Assembly (NCBI RefSeq): GCF_006345805.1
Contig: NC_043015.1
Coordinates: forward strand, 13,640,001-13,704,000
From: Octopus sinensis
Taxonomy: Eukaryota
Length of the DNA: 64,000 bases
Direction: 5' to 3'
Shown here piece by piece: positions 25,401 to 39,904 of this stretch. The translations under genes were made by a program, and so were the position numbers. Every line of letters starts with the position of its first letter. Within the stretch, counting starts at the first letter, position 1. Under the pieces are notes generated by a model. It saw nothing but the letters and a program-made list of their open reading frames with translations, was not told the DNA's origin and made no database searches.

Positions 25401-26529
25401 ACTGTTAGACAACGTACACACACACACGTGCACGTGCACGTATATACACACACATATTAAAAAAGAAATATTTTATTTAAAGTTATTAACATTTTAAAAA
25501 CATTTTGGGGTAAAACGGAATGACACAAACCTTTTGGAATGAAGTTTTAGTATTGTTTGTAAGTATTTTCTTTGTTTAACTTTGTAAACCATGAGTTATG
25601 GAGCAATCTGGATAGAAGTTGATTTTAGTAGTAGTATTGACTATTTCTGGTTTAGTTTCAGACTTAGAATTCTTATAAAGTATCCTTCTTTTGCCTTTAG
25701 TAGTTGATAATTTTTATCTACAAATGAAATATTTATATTTCTGCTTTTGTTTTCACCCTCATTGTGAGTATTTCTCCATGAGACAGAGACCAGGATTTCC
25801 CTCTCTTTGATTATGACATGATTTATTAACTGTTGGGATTATTTTGGTTTCTGAAAAAACATATTTATTCTAGCATTCATTTCTCTCATCTATCTCTGTT
25901 TGTAACAACTGAGCATTCACAGATATACCATTCAATATGGCAAGATGAAAACTTCACTCCAAAAGACTCATTTCATTCTGTTTTAAAAAAGAACTTTTAA
26001 ATAGTTAATAACATTTAAGAAAATCTTTCTTTACATATTGTGACTGTATCAGGTATTCTTTTACAAACACTTATACACACACACACATGCATAAAAATGG
26101 ATAAAGATCTTTCTCAAGTCATATAGACTCATAGGGCCAGTTTCCCGGTTTCTGCAGTGTATATATTCCTCACCTGGACACGACACCAGTCCACCACAGG
26201 AATATTCATTTTTGCCAGCTGAGAGGACTGGAGTAACACGAAATGAAGTGCTTTGCTCAAGAACACATTGTGTCACCTGATCCACAAACCAAAACCATAA
26301 TGTTACAATCATGAGTCCAACCCCCTAATCACTGAGCCACATGCCTCCACCATACATACCTGCCTACCTACCTATATACATACATACATACATACATACA
26401 TACATACATGCATGCATACATACATACATACATGCATGCATGCATACATACATACATACATACATACATACATACATGCATACATACATACATACATGCA
26501 TGCATGCATACATACATACATACGTACAT

Positions 26530-27015
26530 TATTATGGCTGCCCCCTCGTTATCGAATATGGCCATTGCACGAAGCTTAACTGTTACTGGTGCTGTGATCG
26601 AATGTGACTTTTTAGCCCTGCTAAAGATCTACAATGTCTTTTACAGAATTGGCAACTAAAACCTTTACCGGTAATAGCTGGCTGTAGTTGTAACTGGGCT
26701 TCACGTACCTTTGCATGTCATTTAAGTCCTCCTGCCGAATTACACTCTCTTCCACATGCCTGACAGATATGATTAGTATGGTGCGTAACACCACCACCAG
26801 TGGCCAGGTTGTCACTCATCTGTCTCGCTTTATGACTACGAAGATGACTCTTGAGTCCAGCTTTACTGAGGCAGGGTCTTGCACAGACACTGCATGTCAG
26901 CATCATAAGAAGACCCTTCCCATCTGGAAGTGTAACAGCGATGCCCTTCCTGACACCCCTCCTTACTTTCTCATGTGCAACTTGAGATTTCTCAAAAGTG
27001 GCTGTCCCCTTGTGC
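26530..27015 (-). mobile_element. RTE-clade LINE 3' end with two C2H2-like zinc fingers
   Basis: KGTATFEKSQVAHEKVRR..CSVCARPCLSKAGLKSHLRSH..CQACGRECNSAGGLK*H, then a 3' UTR ending gagggcagccataat inside (TACA)n. Confidence 0.75.
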
Positions 27016-27075
27016 ATGTACGTACGTACATACATACATACATACATACATACATAGATACATACATACATACAT

Positions 27076-27114
<39 letters not shown>

Positions 27115-28489
27115 CATATGCATACAACAAACTTCTTCAGCTTCCGTCAGCCAGTTTCACTCACAAGACACTGGTCAACCCAAGGCTGTAGTATACAATG
27201 CTAACCAACAACATCCATACTAGTGAACTAAGTAGTTCCAAAGTGAACTTCTTAAACAGACAGCCATGCCTGAACCTATACATAATAATTCATGGACAAG
27301 GCAGCCTCGAGTTCAAACTCTATCCAAGTACAAACTTTTATCAAGAGCCCTTTTATTAGTGTTCCCATGCAAGCAATAAGAACCAAGCCACTTTGTATTT
27401 CTTAAGAGAAATATACAAGGAGTTGTTTGAAGGTTACTTTTGCTATTGTTTTCTTATATATTCTTAACTTTGTGCAAAAAGTATTGCTGTTTTCATAAAA
27501 TCTATTACAAATTTATGCTGCTTTCTAACACAGATATTAAATCTAAGGCAATTAACAAATAAACATCATTTTTCAAGCTTATCCAGTCAAAGAAAAGAAA
27601 TACTCTTCCAGAAGATTTTAGCTGAAGAACTTAATATGGCTGCTATCTTATTTACTTTCGCATTAAGAACAATATAACACTTTTGAATAGTTTATCTTTC
27701 TGAGAGTTATTTTACTGTATTAAAGGCAATACTTATAGCTGTAATCCAGTGTAAATGGTTTCATTGAATTTATATTGAAACAACTGAATAATAAAGGTCT
27801 TGATAAATATTATTTAATTATCACAATGGGTTCAGTATGGAATTTTTCTATTTACTGATCAAATACATAATTAATGTCTTCCATTAGAGAAGGTCAAGAT
27901 TTTAATTCTTTCACTTTAACTAACCTCCATTAGGATAGAAATAAATGTCTCTTTTACATGTAACTATTGGGGGTCAGTAATGACTACAAGCATCTGAGTA
28001 GGCATTAATCATTCAAAGGAAAATATATTTGAAGAGTCTCTTTCTTATTTACAGCCTTTTACTTAGTTTTGGGCTCAACACTATGAATTAATGACATACA
28101 AGTCTAGTATACAATTTCTGGCATAGATACACTGTTTGCATGCTGTAATAACAGTGTCATAAATAAATGAATATATACCTAGTGATTGAAATGTATTGAG
28201 TTCATTATTGAAGTGAAGCTTTATTGATTGTCTGATTGAGAATAACATAAGAATGACATGCTTTCATGCATACATACATGTATTATCACTGATAAAATAC
28301 AGTATTACAGAGATATAGATTAAGGAGACAGCTGTTCATTCTTTCAGTAAACATCTTGTCACTTATGTTGAGGAAGTCTGATGGATATTTCATTAGTTCA
28401 CAGGACAGAAATACCAAAATTACACACTGTTTCTTTGTGAATTACTTGAAGCTGTGTGCAAGAAATATGCATGAGCTGAAAAAGAGCCA

Positions 28490-29500
28490 TGACCTGGTTA
28501 CAATATCCTCAAAAAGATATGGGGTTGGAATTTGGTCAGGATGAATGTTGCTATATAGTTGTGAAAAGAGAGAAAACTATAAATCAGACTAGCAGCATCT
28601 CCATTAATGACTTAACTGTTTTTCTTTTACCTGATGAAGAATGTTACACATACCTAGGGGTAGATGAAAACACTAAAATGTTATACCCAATGCTAATAAC
28701 CAATGCTGAAGATATCACTCTCATCATAAGCTGTTGTCCAAAAATGACATTTGTTATTATCTACTAATGGGACATGATGTTGTATAACAGACACTGTACA
28801 ATGAGAACCATCAGAAGGATAATCCTGAGGCCAAAGAGATACAAACCCATAGTGTGGTAGAGGCCATAACCACTCATAATACAGAAGAGTATTGGTAGAA
28901 TGTCCAGTGAAACTCTCAATAAAATACCAACATAATAGGCCGGACATAATGATTTGGGAAAGAGAAGAAAAACTATGTATGTTAGTGGAAATCAGTTGCC
29001 CAGCAGATGTCAACATGAAGCTAAAAATCAGCAAACAAAAATAAACACCTATACTGAACTATTAAGAAATTTACAGCTATTCTACCTGAATTACACAGAT
29101 TTATACCTGTAATTACTGGAGCATTAAGATATGTAGCAAATTGCCTCAGTATCAATCTTGAGAAATTAGGCTTCTCAAAACCAGAAAGAAGAAAGCCAAT
29201 TAGAAGATTGCAGAAACAAACCATCAATGGAATTGTCAGAATATGTAAAACTTGTCAGAAGTTTATCATTTAAGTATACACGTGCATGTCTAGGCATGCA
29301 ACTATATGCATGAGAATACATGCATAAAAAAAAAACAGAAATCTGCTAATGTACTGACTCCAAATATTTCATACAAACATGCACAAATACCTTGTTAATG
29401 TTGTTTAAAATTCCAATGAAGGAGTCTTGGATGTAAATTAGAAACTGCCTCTTTCTCCACTGGCAAAAAAAAATCTACAAATAAAACTGAATAATAACAT
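28490..29500 (+). mobile_element. Decayed R4/Dong-like RLE LINE fragment
   Basis: KDMGLEFGQDEC..YTYLGVDE and KYQHNRPDIMIWEREEKLCMLVEISCPADVN, containing the RPD..E restriction-like endonuclease motif, then FIPVITGAL. Confidence 0.75.
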
Positions 29501-29562
29501 ACATGCTTCATTCATTCATTCATTCATTCATGCATACATACATACATACATACATACATACA

Positions 29563-29594
<32 letters not shown>

Positions 29595-30581
29595 CAGGGT
29601 GAGTGAAAAGTAGTGCCCAGTTTCTGGGAAGTCATGCCTTTCTTTGCTGTTTTGCAGATGATTACTGACAGTTTTGAAAGTTACTAAATCTGGATTATGT
29701 ATCATGTAGTTAATACTCTTTGATATCCTAACCTGATGTTTTGTAAAGAGAAGAATTGTATTTTAAGTAGGAAAACTTTAATGGGTACACTAGCAAACTA
29801 GAAGGTTAAAATGAAGAGCAACGAAGTGTAATGAAGTAAAGTATATGTTAACAGGAAGATAGTTGATAAAGCAGAGGAATGGAGTTGGATGGCCAATCCG
29901 GCATTATCTATTAATCAGTTGTGGGAAAGAAGGACAGATGCACTTGGCCACCCTGTTGATATATATATATATATAGGCTGCCTTGGAAATACAGGTATGC
30001 ATGATAATTAAATCATTCAACACAGTCTTCTTTGTTGTTTTGCAGGTTTATTGACAGTTTTGAAAGTTACTAAATTTATATGAAGCTGACCCATGAATTC
30101 GCTTTCAATAAATCAAAGCATAGCATCCAGGAAACATTACTTCAAATGCAATGAAAACCAATTGCTGGTGGCATGCCATTCGACTGAAGAATTTGATATT
30201 AACCTTCCCCAAGGAAGAAACATACATTCAACTGTCAAGAAGTTTGAAACAACAGGGTCTGAAGCCACTGTAGAAAAGTGTGGTTGTCCAAAAACGGCTA
30301 TGAATGAAGCCAAACCTGAAGAAGTCATCAAGAGACTGCAAGGAACTCCACAAAACTCAACTCTCCATTTATTTTCAGAGATAGGAGTGTGTCAGTCAAG
30401 TGTTATGCATATCCTGCATGCCCTTTATGATGGAGATGACAATCACCTTCTTCAATTTTGTGAAGAGTTCCTGGTTAGACTTGTAGAGGACACTTGAGGG
30501 AAATTCCTCTCCTCTCTATTATATATACATACATACAAACGTAGTAGATATCATCTAGCCTTTGGCTGCACTTTTAGACCC

Positions 30582-31583
30582 TGTTGTGTCCACTACTCTG
30601 ATTGGTTGGTATTGGCGCAATTTGTCTCTTGCTCTATTGCCTGCCAATATGCAACCCAACCAATCACAGCCTTCAAATAAGATCACACGTGACAGCCTGT
30701 TTTGTACCCTGGTTTGAGCTGACTGCTCCCTATAAAACTTCAGCTTCTCTGCATCTCGGAGTCTTTGGTTCCAGACTTTTTAGGGACTAGCCCCTGACCA
30801 CACAGGACACAGCCAGTTCCAGCGACAACACAACAGCAGTTACATGGAGACTCATCAACTTCGTCAAGTAGCATTTGACGAACTCCATTTCTGTCACCAC
30901 CATTCGTCCTAACGTCAACATCATCTCTCTACGTACACAGCAACAAGCAACACTGCACAGGTTCTAACATAACACTGTTCGTGAATTACTTAACCATGAT
31001 TAACAATGAATATACAACCTGCGAGAATTCCTGTACCAAGTGACCCAGGCAGCAGCATCACAGCCACAACTTCATATATGACATGTATCTCAACCGGCTC
31101 TGCATCATAGCCACAACTTCACATATGATGTACCTCAACCAGCTCTGCATTGCAACCACAACTTCATGTACAACGTACCTCAACCAGCTCTGCATCACAG
31201 CCACAACTTCACATACAACATGTACCTCAACTGGCTCTGCATTGCAGCCACAGCTTCATGTGTGACATACCTTAACTGACTCTGCATCATTACCACAACT
31301 TCTTGATACAGCGTTTCAACTATTGTGTACAATTGACTATGAACTGGTATTTCTCATTCTTGTGTCTATGCACATTCTTCTAACTTCTCATTATAGACTC
31401 TTTCAATGCTCTGTACTTTAAACACACACACAGTCACACATGTTAACATATCAATAAAGCTTCTCTTAAACCTTCTACCTCGTTGCATCTCTCTTTTCCC
31501 TCTGGCTCATATATGCATTTATTCTTTTTTATAATTATTGTATTGACCATGTGATGTACAAGGAGCCATTCTCGTCACCAACA
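30582..31583 (+). mobile_element. Probable solo LTR nested in the transposase
   Basis: TGTTG...CAACA termini, CCAAT, TATAAAA at 30741 and AATAAA at 31453. It splits the transposase. No clean TSD. Confidence 0.6.
31057..31320. repeat. Minisatellite, ~45-47 bp unit, ~6 copies
   Basis: The unit atcacagccacaacttca..tgtacctcaaccagctctgc is repeated. Confidence 0.9.
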
Positions 31584-33062
31584 CTCCATACAGTCATTAC
31601 AGACCTGATGGAGATGTATTAATGCTGGACAGCATTAGGTGATTAGATGAGACATGGTTTAAGTTCAATGGCACTATTAGCAGGTATAGTTGCGTCTACT
31701 GGGCTGAGGAGAATCCAAGAGTAACGGTTGATAAGGAACTGAACTTACTAGGTGTAATATTTTGAGCAGTCATATCTCCATTAGGAATAATTGGTCTCTT
31801 CTTCTTTGAGGGAGCTGATACTGGAGACAAGTAGTATCTGGATATGTTGCAAACCTTCTTTTGGCTCAAGGTACAAAATCAAGACTGTTATCTCCAGCAA
31901 GATGAAGCCCCACCTTATTATGCATGGCATGTTCATCAGTGGCTCCAAGAAAACCTTCCTTGAAAGTGCATTGGTTGCCATGTCCAATTGAGTGGCTGGC
32001 ACACTCCCCAGGAATAGAAAGTTAAAATTACTGTAGAGTATGAGGAATTTGATAGTGAACTCTGCAAGTATGTGTGTAACCCTGTACTAGCACAATTGCA
32101 GTTGTGCATTAATCATGAGAGAAGACACTTTGAACATTGCAGGTAAAAAGCCTGAATAAATGAATTAATTTGAAAACACATTTTTTATTTACTTTATTAA
32201 TTAATTTATTTATTTCTACTTTCTTGCACACTGTAATATAAATAGCAAACAAGCAACAAACTGATAGCTGTAAAACAAGAATTAGGAGTCAAAAGTATCT
32301 CCCAATAGGGAAGTCATACGTATCAACCCTAAAACAGGAATTGGGCACTACTTTTGACTATTTGTAAATGTGTGTGTGTGTGTAATGTGAATGCAATAAA
32401 CAATATAAAACAGCTACACAATGGGGACAAGATTTAACTTAACAAATACAGTATTAGTTCTAAAGAGTGTTTTGATGTTTCAGACATAAGTCCTTCATTG
32501 AAAAGCAAAAGCACAAAACTGAGATGAAGGGTTAGAAACCAGGTGGCAGTGATGTCCTATAGGAAAGCATTAAAAAGGAAGGTTGCTGCAAATAACATCA
32601 ACACCAAATTCAATCACATTCTGACCTGTGCTCTGCAACAAACCGTATTATCTACAAACATTCTTTCGTGAACCATAAAATACCACAAAAACCAACCCTG
32701 TATAAAAAGTACGTCATAAACACTTCTGCTTACACCTTTATTTCTTTGCCTGACTGAACTCTAAACAATAACAAAATTACTGCAACAAACCAAAAGAAAT
32801 CTCTTTACCATATCCATACCGAGCAAACATGTACTTTTCTCTTATATAACTTATCTATTCCTCCACTTCCTACACAACTAATTTTCCTGTCTACATACAC
32901 TACACCTAATTATTATTCACATTACTCCACTTATCAAAAATTATCTGTCAAAGACGATAAAAAGCCAGAAAAGACCAAAGTAAATTTTAGTCTGATGAAG
33001 TTAAGCAAGTCAAAACTTTGAAGTCACTTGATAAAAGTTAATATATAAAATGGGTGCATATG

Positions 33063-33147
<85 letters not shown>

Positions 33148-33399
33148 GGCTGTGTGCACATATTTTTATGATTGTCTATTTTTCTATATTAAAATGTTGA
33201 TCCTTTATTTTAGCTCAATGCCAGCAATTTCAAGGGAGGGTAAATCGATTACATCAGCCCCTTGTTCAACCTTGGCATAATTTGATCTCAGAATGTAAAG
33301 ACATGAGACACTGCTACGTATTTGTCTGGTGTGCTAACAATTCAATCAGCTGACCAACTTATGCTGTATATTACAATATTGTGATAGATCTGCATGGTT

Positions 33400-33962
33400 T
33401 GAATTATAGGTAACAAATGAAAGTTCTAAAGTTATTGTGCACTTCCAGCTGGTCAAGTCTGCACACATCGCTATAGGATTTTCAGTGCATGGAATGACAA
33501 ATGAGGTCACCATAAAGAGACATTTATTTGACAATGAACTATAGTGACAAATGCTTGTACAATGTGAGTACCACTCTCCAAGTCTCTATGATGAGTACCT
33601 AGTGACAGGCTGAAGCAAGACGACCAGTAATCACATGAAATTGCAAGTTTTACACCAGAGTGTACCTATCCTAGAAGGTTGCCAGGGGTTCCTCACACAG
33701 CTAGGAGTCACTCACACCCAATGGTTTTATAGCATGCCTTGGCACTGTCCACGGGCATTTCTGTGTCACTGCATTTAGATGGGATGTCACCACATATGCT
33801 AGTTAACCCATAGCCAGGTCTCTGACAGGTGCCACTTACACTGGATCAAAGAAGACCAAGGAGAAACAATGGCTAAAAGGTGATTTTACACTCCTCAAAA
33901 TCTTGGAGCTCCTGAATCAGAGCCCAACAACTGGATGCAATTTAAAATCATATCCAGAACAC
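33400..33962 (-). mobile_element. Possible 5' end of an RTE LINE, decayed
   Basis: Minus-strand start ggatatgattttaaattgcatccagttgttgggctctgattcaggagct resembles RTE 5' UTRs. Recognition by eye only. Confidence 0.35.
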
Positions 33963-34829
33963 AGTGGCACTCTGTTGATTACAACACTAAGGTTTCCTTT
34001 TGGAAACCTGCTCATGGAACAACCTGCTCATGAAATTAACGTGCAAGTGGCTGAGCACTCCACAAACATGCATTCACTCAATGTAGTTCTCAGGGAGATT
34101 CAACATGATACAGAATGTGACTAGGCTGACCCTTTGAATTTCAGGTACCACTCATTTTTGTCGGTTGAGTGGACTGCAGCAATGTGAATAGTGTTTTGCT
34201 CAAGGGCACAATGTGCTGTCAGGAATCAAACATTCGACCTTACAATCATGAGCTAAATGCACCAAACATTAAGTCATGTGCCTTTGGGAGATACTCACAC
34301 ACACACACACACATAAATACATACATACTTATATACATACATAATTACATACATAGTCATTCCAGACTTGCTTATCTTTCTTTTATCTTTTTTTTTTTTT
34401 TACTTATTTCAGTCATTGGACTGCAGCCATGCTACAGCACCACCTTGAAGGGTTTAGTCAAACAAATCTACCCCAGTATTTATTTCTTAAGCCCTCTTTT
34501 GCTGAACCACTAAGTTACAGGCACATGAATAAAGCAGTGGATAGGGTAATAGGCAGGCTGACAAAGAAGAAATATTTTATGAGTGTTGGATGCACATTAG
34601 TAGTTAGCATGCAAAATATATTCCACAAATGTTCAGAAGGTTCACTAGAATTAACTATAATTTTTGTTACATAGATGACCTAACGAGTAACTGAAGTGTT
34701 TATACTGAAAGTATAGACACCAGAAAAAGAACATGGTGGAAAATGTTAAGGAATTTTTTAATGTCTGCTGGCAACAAATGGTTCCTCTTCTGGTAGAAAA
34801 GGTAGCTTTATGCTGTTTGCATACAAAGC

Positions 34830-35250
34830 ATGATGCTGCTTAATGGTAAGTCTTAAATGCAAAAAAGATGTGGGTCCTGACTATGGCTCAATAGAAATGG
34901 AGCTAGCATTCTCCACTTAATGTATTGTATTAGTGTTGTTGAAGGATGGAACATGAATGAGCTGAGAGCAAAGTTGAATACAAGTGGAATTAGATATAGT
35001 GTACAAAATACAATGTTATGCACATGGCGGGAGTCGCTTGTATAAAGAAGCGCTAAGCACTTAGATTGGATGGAACCTGATGAATGAAAAGATGTAGGAA
35101 GACATGGAACTACGTGGTGAAGTTGCATCTTGAGACAATGAACCTCATGAAGGAGATAACAAAGAACTATGATGATTAACGTGAAGTGCTGAGGAAGACT
35201 TGCCCACCTGTACAAGCAAGGCAGAACAGTTACTAAAATAATGGAAGAGA
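34830..35250 (+). mobile_element. Decayed RTE-X LINE 3' fragment
   Basis: Similar, in the opposite orientation, to the 60-450 region (RN..SIL..ELRAKL..GIRYSVQ). Confidence 0.55.
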
Positions 35251-35659
35251 GTGATACAGGTTAAAATACACAATATATGTATAGTAAGGCACTTACTGAA
35301 CAAGCACGGAGCATGATATAGTCCTTGGGACCACTGGATCCTGTCAAACCATCTAACTCATGCAAGCATGGAACATGGATATTAAATGATGATGATGATG
35401 TGTGTATGTGTCTCTTGAAGCACACACATAAAGTTATAAACATTAACATATAAATATGGGATTTTTCAACCCAATATGTACATGCTACTATCTATAGATA
35501 GCTTTATGTATGCACCTCATGAACTGCTATTCCTCAAAATACTTATTTCATGTTCTCTCAAATGATTATAAAATTATTTTTATACCAACAGTTAACTCAC
35601 ACACACACACACACACGTACACACACACACACACACACACATGTATACATACGTATATC

Positions 35660-35728
<69 letters not shown>

Positions 35729-35973
35729 TGTATGTATGTATGTATGTATGTATGTATGTATGTATGTATGTATGTATGTATGTATCGATAGAAATGGTAA
35801 GACAACAAAAAAATGAAAGAGACCTCGATATTATGTAAATAGAGGAATTTATCTGTAACTATAATATGTGACAATTATTCAGTAACCATGATAAGACTCC
35901 GACTTCCAAAACTTGGAGTTTTATCATAGCTACCAAATAATTGTGACATATTATATCTACAGATACATATATA

Positions 35974-36009
<36 letters not shown>

Positions 36010-36515
36010 TGTATGTATGTATGTATGTATGTATGTATGTATGTATGTATGTATGTACACAGTTGTCTCTTGCAATGAGTATTTCTTTGCTATTATGTAA
36101 ACAAAAACACATTAGTGTAGAAATGGGAAACTGTCAAATAACAAATGCAAAGGAAGTGAGTGAAATGAAAGTGAGTGGCATGTTTTTGAAGTGTGTTTAT
36201 CACAATGCCCAGAATGACAAACAAGGAAAGAATCAGTGTGGTTGAATGAAATAAAATGGGAATGGGTGGGAAAAGAAGTCTTTCTTTATCTTTCTTTACT
36301 TTACTTGTTTCAGTCATTGCAGCCATGTCATTTCAGCATTGCCCTAAAAGGTTTAGTTGAACAAATTGACCCCAATACTTAAGTTTTTAAGTCTTCTATT
36401 TATTCTACTAGTCTCTTTTGCTGAAACATTAGGTTACAAGGATGTAAACAAACCAACAGTGGTTGTCAAATGGTAGCGGACAAACAGAAGAAGAAAGACA
36501 TACAAACACACATAT

Positions 36516-36549
<34 letters not shown>

Positions 36550-36699
36550 GATATTTATGTATGTATATATAGGCACAGGCATGGCTGTGTTGTAAGAATC
36601 TTGCTTCCCAACCTCATTGGGCAAGTGTTTTCTACTATAGCTTTGGGTCAACCAAAACCTTGTGAGTGGATTTGGTAGAAGGAAACTGAAAGAAGCTGG

Positions 36700-37485
36700 T
36701 CATACCCTCAAAATGCTTCTAACCAAGAATTACAAAGAGTTAAAAATAGGTTGGTTAAATTTTTCCAACACATCGGCTTAAGCATTGTTTTCAACAATGA
36801 TATAACTAAAGCCAACCTTTTGGATATTACCCTTAACTTACATAATGATTCATATTTCCGTTACCATGAACTCTCAACTAATTTAAAATATATTAGCTCT
36901 TTCAGTAATCATTCTATGGCTTTTACAAGGAATTTAGTTAGGAATATTTCATTTAGACTTTCTAGATTATCAGCCAATGTTGATATCTTCAAGAATAAAG
37001 CCAAATTTTATAACTCTGCCTTACTTAAAGCAGGTTATAAAGGAAAAATTACCTATATTAACCCTATTGACATTAATTCTATCTCTATTAATCAGGACAT
37101 GAAATCAAGTCATAACGGTAATAACAATATAAATTTTAGTTCGAATAACAACACTAAATCGAGAAATTTAATTTTGCAGCATACGAGAGATAACTGTTCT
37201 TTAAGACCCATTTTTACGTTTTAAAAGCACATCTAGGTCTTTTAAAGATAATTACCCTAATAACAAGGTATGCTCTAGCAAAACTGTTTGGTTGATAATT
37301 CCATATGGTAAGCAGATCAAATTCAACCTCCCTTACCACTTTCATGAAGTTATAGATAAGAATTTCCCCAAAAATTCAAGATACTATTTCATTATCCATT
37401 CACACCAAATCCGAATAGGGTTTTCAAATACCAAAAACCTTTCACAAATCATCTCTTCGCATAACAATAAGTTGTTAAATACAAA
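36700..37485 (+). mobile_element. Penelope-like element RT C-terminal/thumb fragment
   Basis: ANLLDITLNLHNDSY..LKYISSFSNH..NISFRLSRLSANVDIF..FYNSALLKAGY..WLIIPYG..IDKNFPKNSRYY..IGFSNTKNLSQIISSHNNKLL. Confidence 0.85.
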
Positions 37486-37614
37486 TCCACTTTACATTCT
37501 TGTCCCATTTTTGTATTTATATATATATATATAGACTTTTTTATCTGCGAATATATATATATATATTAATCTGTGTGTATTTGTGGCTATGTTTGTTCCC
37601 CCAACCATCACATG

Positions 37615-37968
37615 GTATTGTCTGGCACACATGGTATTTGAGCAAGGGCCCCAACTGAGAAGCTCTTTACCACATATCTAGAAATAGTCATCAAGGGCAT
37701 TAACTGGATAAATGGTGTGAACATCAATGGCAAGCAACTAACACACCTCTAATTTGTAGATAAAATTTCACTCATTGCTGAAACCACAGACAGGCTGCGG
37801 ACCATGCTGAGAGAGCTGAACACTCAGAGATTAGCAGTAGGTCTTAAAATAAACAGCATGAAAGAACAAATATAGATGTATATGTATGTATGTATATACA
37901 TACATATACATACATGTGTGTGTGCATGTATATATATATGTATATGCGTATATATATATATAATATAT

Positions 37969-38035
<67 letters not shown>

Positions 38036-38086
38036 ATATATATATATGTGTGTGTGTGTGCATACATATAAGTATATATATATATT

Positions 38087-38129
<43 letters not shown>

Positions 38130-38400
38130 CTGTATATATATATGCATATATATATATGCATATATGGGCTGGACACGTCGCCCAGCTCACCGATAATTGG
38201 TGGATGCATGCAGTTGTCGAGTGGTACCCGCGCGACCGGAAAAGACCACCCAGAGGACCACCACGACGGTTATGATTTCAGGGGGACGATTGGGATCATG
38301 TGGATGAGAAAGGCGCAATCCAGAGAGGAGTGGACAGCGTGCTGTGACCAGTGGTGTCAAATGGACGCCTGACGAACTGGTCAGTCAAGGTGATCAAGGT
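37615..38400 (+). mobile_element. RTE LINE fragment split by a (TA)n expansion
   Basis: [33 protein letters not shown], then [25 protein letters not shown], ending in a short tcaagg repeat tail. Confidence 0.8.
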
Positions 38401-38442
38401 GATATATGCATATATATATGCATATGTATATATGCATATATA

Positions 38443-38507
<65 letters not shown>

Positions 38508-38518
38508 TATACACACAC

Positions 38519-38574
<56 letters not shown>

Positions 38575-39312
38575 ATATATATATATACATGTATATATAT
38601 ATATGTGTGTATATATAAATATATGTATAAATATCTCTACAATAAAGCTCAACGTCTGTGTGCTGTGTGTCTGTACATCTATAGGATGAAAAGGAATAGA
38701 AGATACATAAAAACAAAGTATGTGTTCTCATGTACAATTTTACAAGAAAGATAAGTTACATAAAACTTACTTTCCATTGTGATTAGGGAGCTTAAAGGGG
38801 GGAAAACAGCCCCCGTGAAATTTCAAATACCACCAATTTTAGTGAAAATAACATAACTACTAGGTACTAGATAAAGACGATTTCCAAAATTTCCCCATCT
38901 CATAATATTATTTAACTGGTTTATAACACAGGACAGAGCCCCTTTGAAAGTGCAAATACATCCACTTTCCATTAAAGATACATAAAATTTAAGTATGTAT
39001 TCTTGGAATAAGTGCACTACAAAACTTCAACAATGCATATCTCATTATAGACTTTGCATTAGAAAAGGAATATTTTAATAAGCAAAACATACTTAGTTTA
39101 CCATATCACCATCAGTCTGAACACCTGTCTTATCAGCTGAGTGAGTAGTTCTGTGTCAAAAGAATATATAATTTTATAAAAAAGGTGTTTTTTATCCATG
39201 TTTGACTTAAATATTTCACCTACATGCTAGCACAAAAGATATTCCTTTAATACCTTCCAACATGACCTTTGAGTTCAAACAACTTCGGTTTCCCATAGGT
39301 TTGTCTTTTGTA

Positions 39313-39560
39313 ATCATCATCATCATCATCATCAACGTTTAACGTCCGTTTTCCGCGCTAGCACGGGTTGGACGGTTTCGACCGGGGTCTAGGGAGCTCG
39401 GGACTGCCCCAGGCACCAGTCTAGTCTGGCAGTGTTTCTACAGCTGGATGCCCTTCCTAACACCAACCACTCCGCGAGTGTAGTGGGTGCTTTTTACGTG
39501 CCACCTGCACAGGTGCCAGAGGGGTCTGGCATCGGCCACGTTCGGATGGTGCTTTTTATG
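39313..39560 (-). mobile_element. SINE-like element with RTE-type 3' tail ending (GAT)n
   Basis: Minus strand gtggttggtgttaggaagggcatccagctgtagaaac...caacccgtgctagcgcggaaaacggacgttaaacgttgatgat. Related copies at 2970-3205, 22648-22850, 43948-44230, 49610-49750 and 62345-62727. Confidence 0.8.
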
Positions 39561-39904
39561 TGGGGGGGGGGGTGCAGAAATATAGGGGAGCACCAGTGGG
39601 GAGGGGTGGTTCAGAGAAATGATGACAGGTTCTAGGCAAGTAGAACGTAGGATATCGAGAGAGGGGTAATGCATGGTGAAATAGCGTATTGAAGAGGGGG
39701 GTTCGAAGAGTAGACACCTATAATGGTGGTGGGAGAAGCGACATCCAGTATAGATGGAGCAAAATATAGAGATATCCGGTATTGGTGGTGGGGGTGGGAG
39801 GGCGGGCGCACCGCGCATTGGGAGATGAGGTTTTAGGCGGCAGAAAGAAGACAGGATTGAGATGAAATGCTTTGCAGTGGTGTGAATAAGTTTTTGTGAG
39901 TGAA

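Larger units (their letters stand above)
29595..32364 (+). mobile_element. Tc1/mariner-superfamily transposon with HTH-type transposase, decayed
   Basis: TA-flanked imperfect TIRs cagggtgagtgaaaagtagtgcccagtt / aattgggcactacttttgact. ORF 30093-30497 contains VKKFETTGS..CGCPKTA..TPQNST. After the nested insertion: LDETWFKFNG..YWAEENP..LQQDEAPPY. Confidence 0.8.

Noticed and set aside
29410-29455. ccaatgaagg...gaaactgcctc hammerhead-like string
   Set aside because: The core and stems do not fit, and it lies in a LINE 3' UTR.
31057-31320. Regular repeats considered as a CRISPR-like array
   Set aside because: Contiguous tandem units with no unique spacers, eukaryotic context and no cas genes.
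39560-39895. GC-rich segment with a 126-aa minus-strand ORF
   Set aside because: No recognisable domain; the ORF runs into a SINE. Probably an unclassified repeat fragment.
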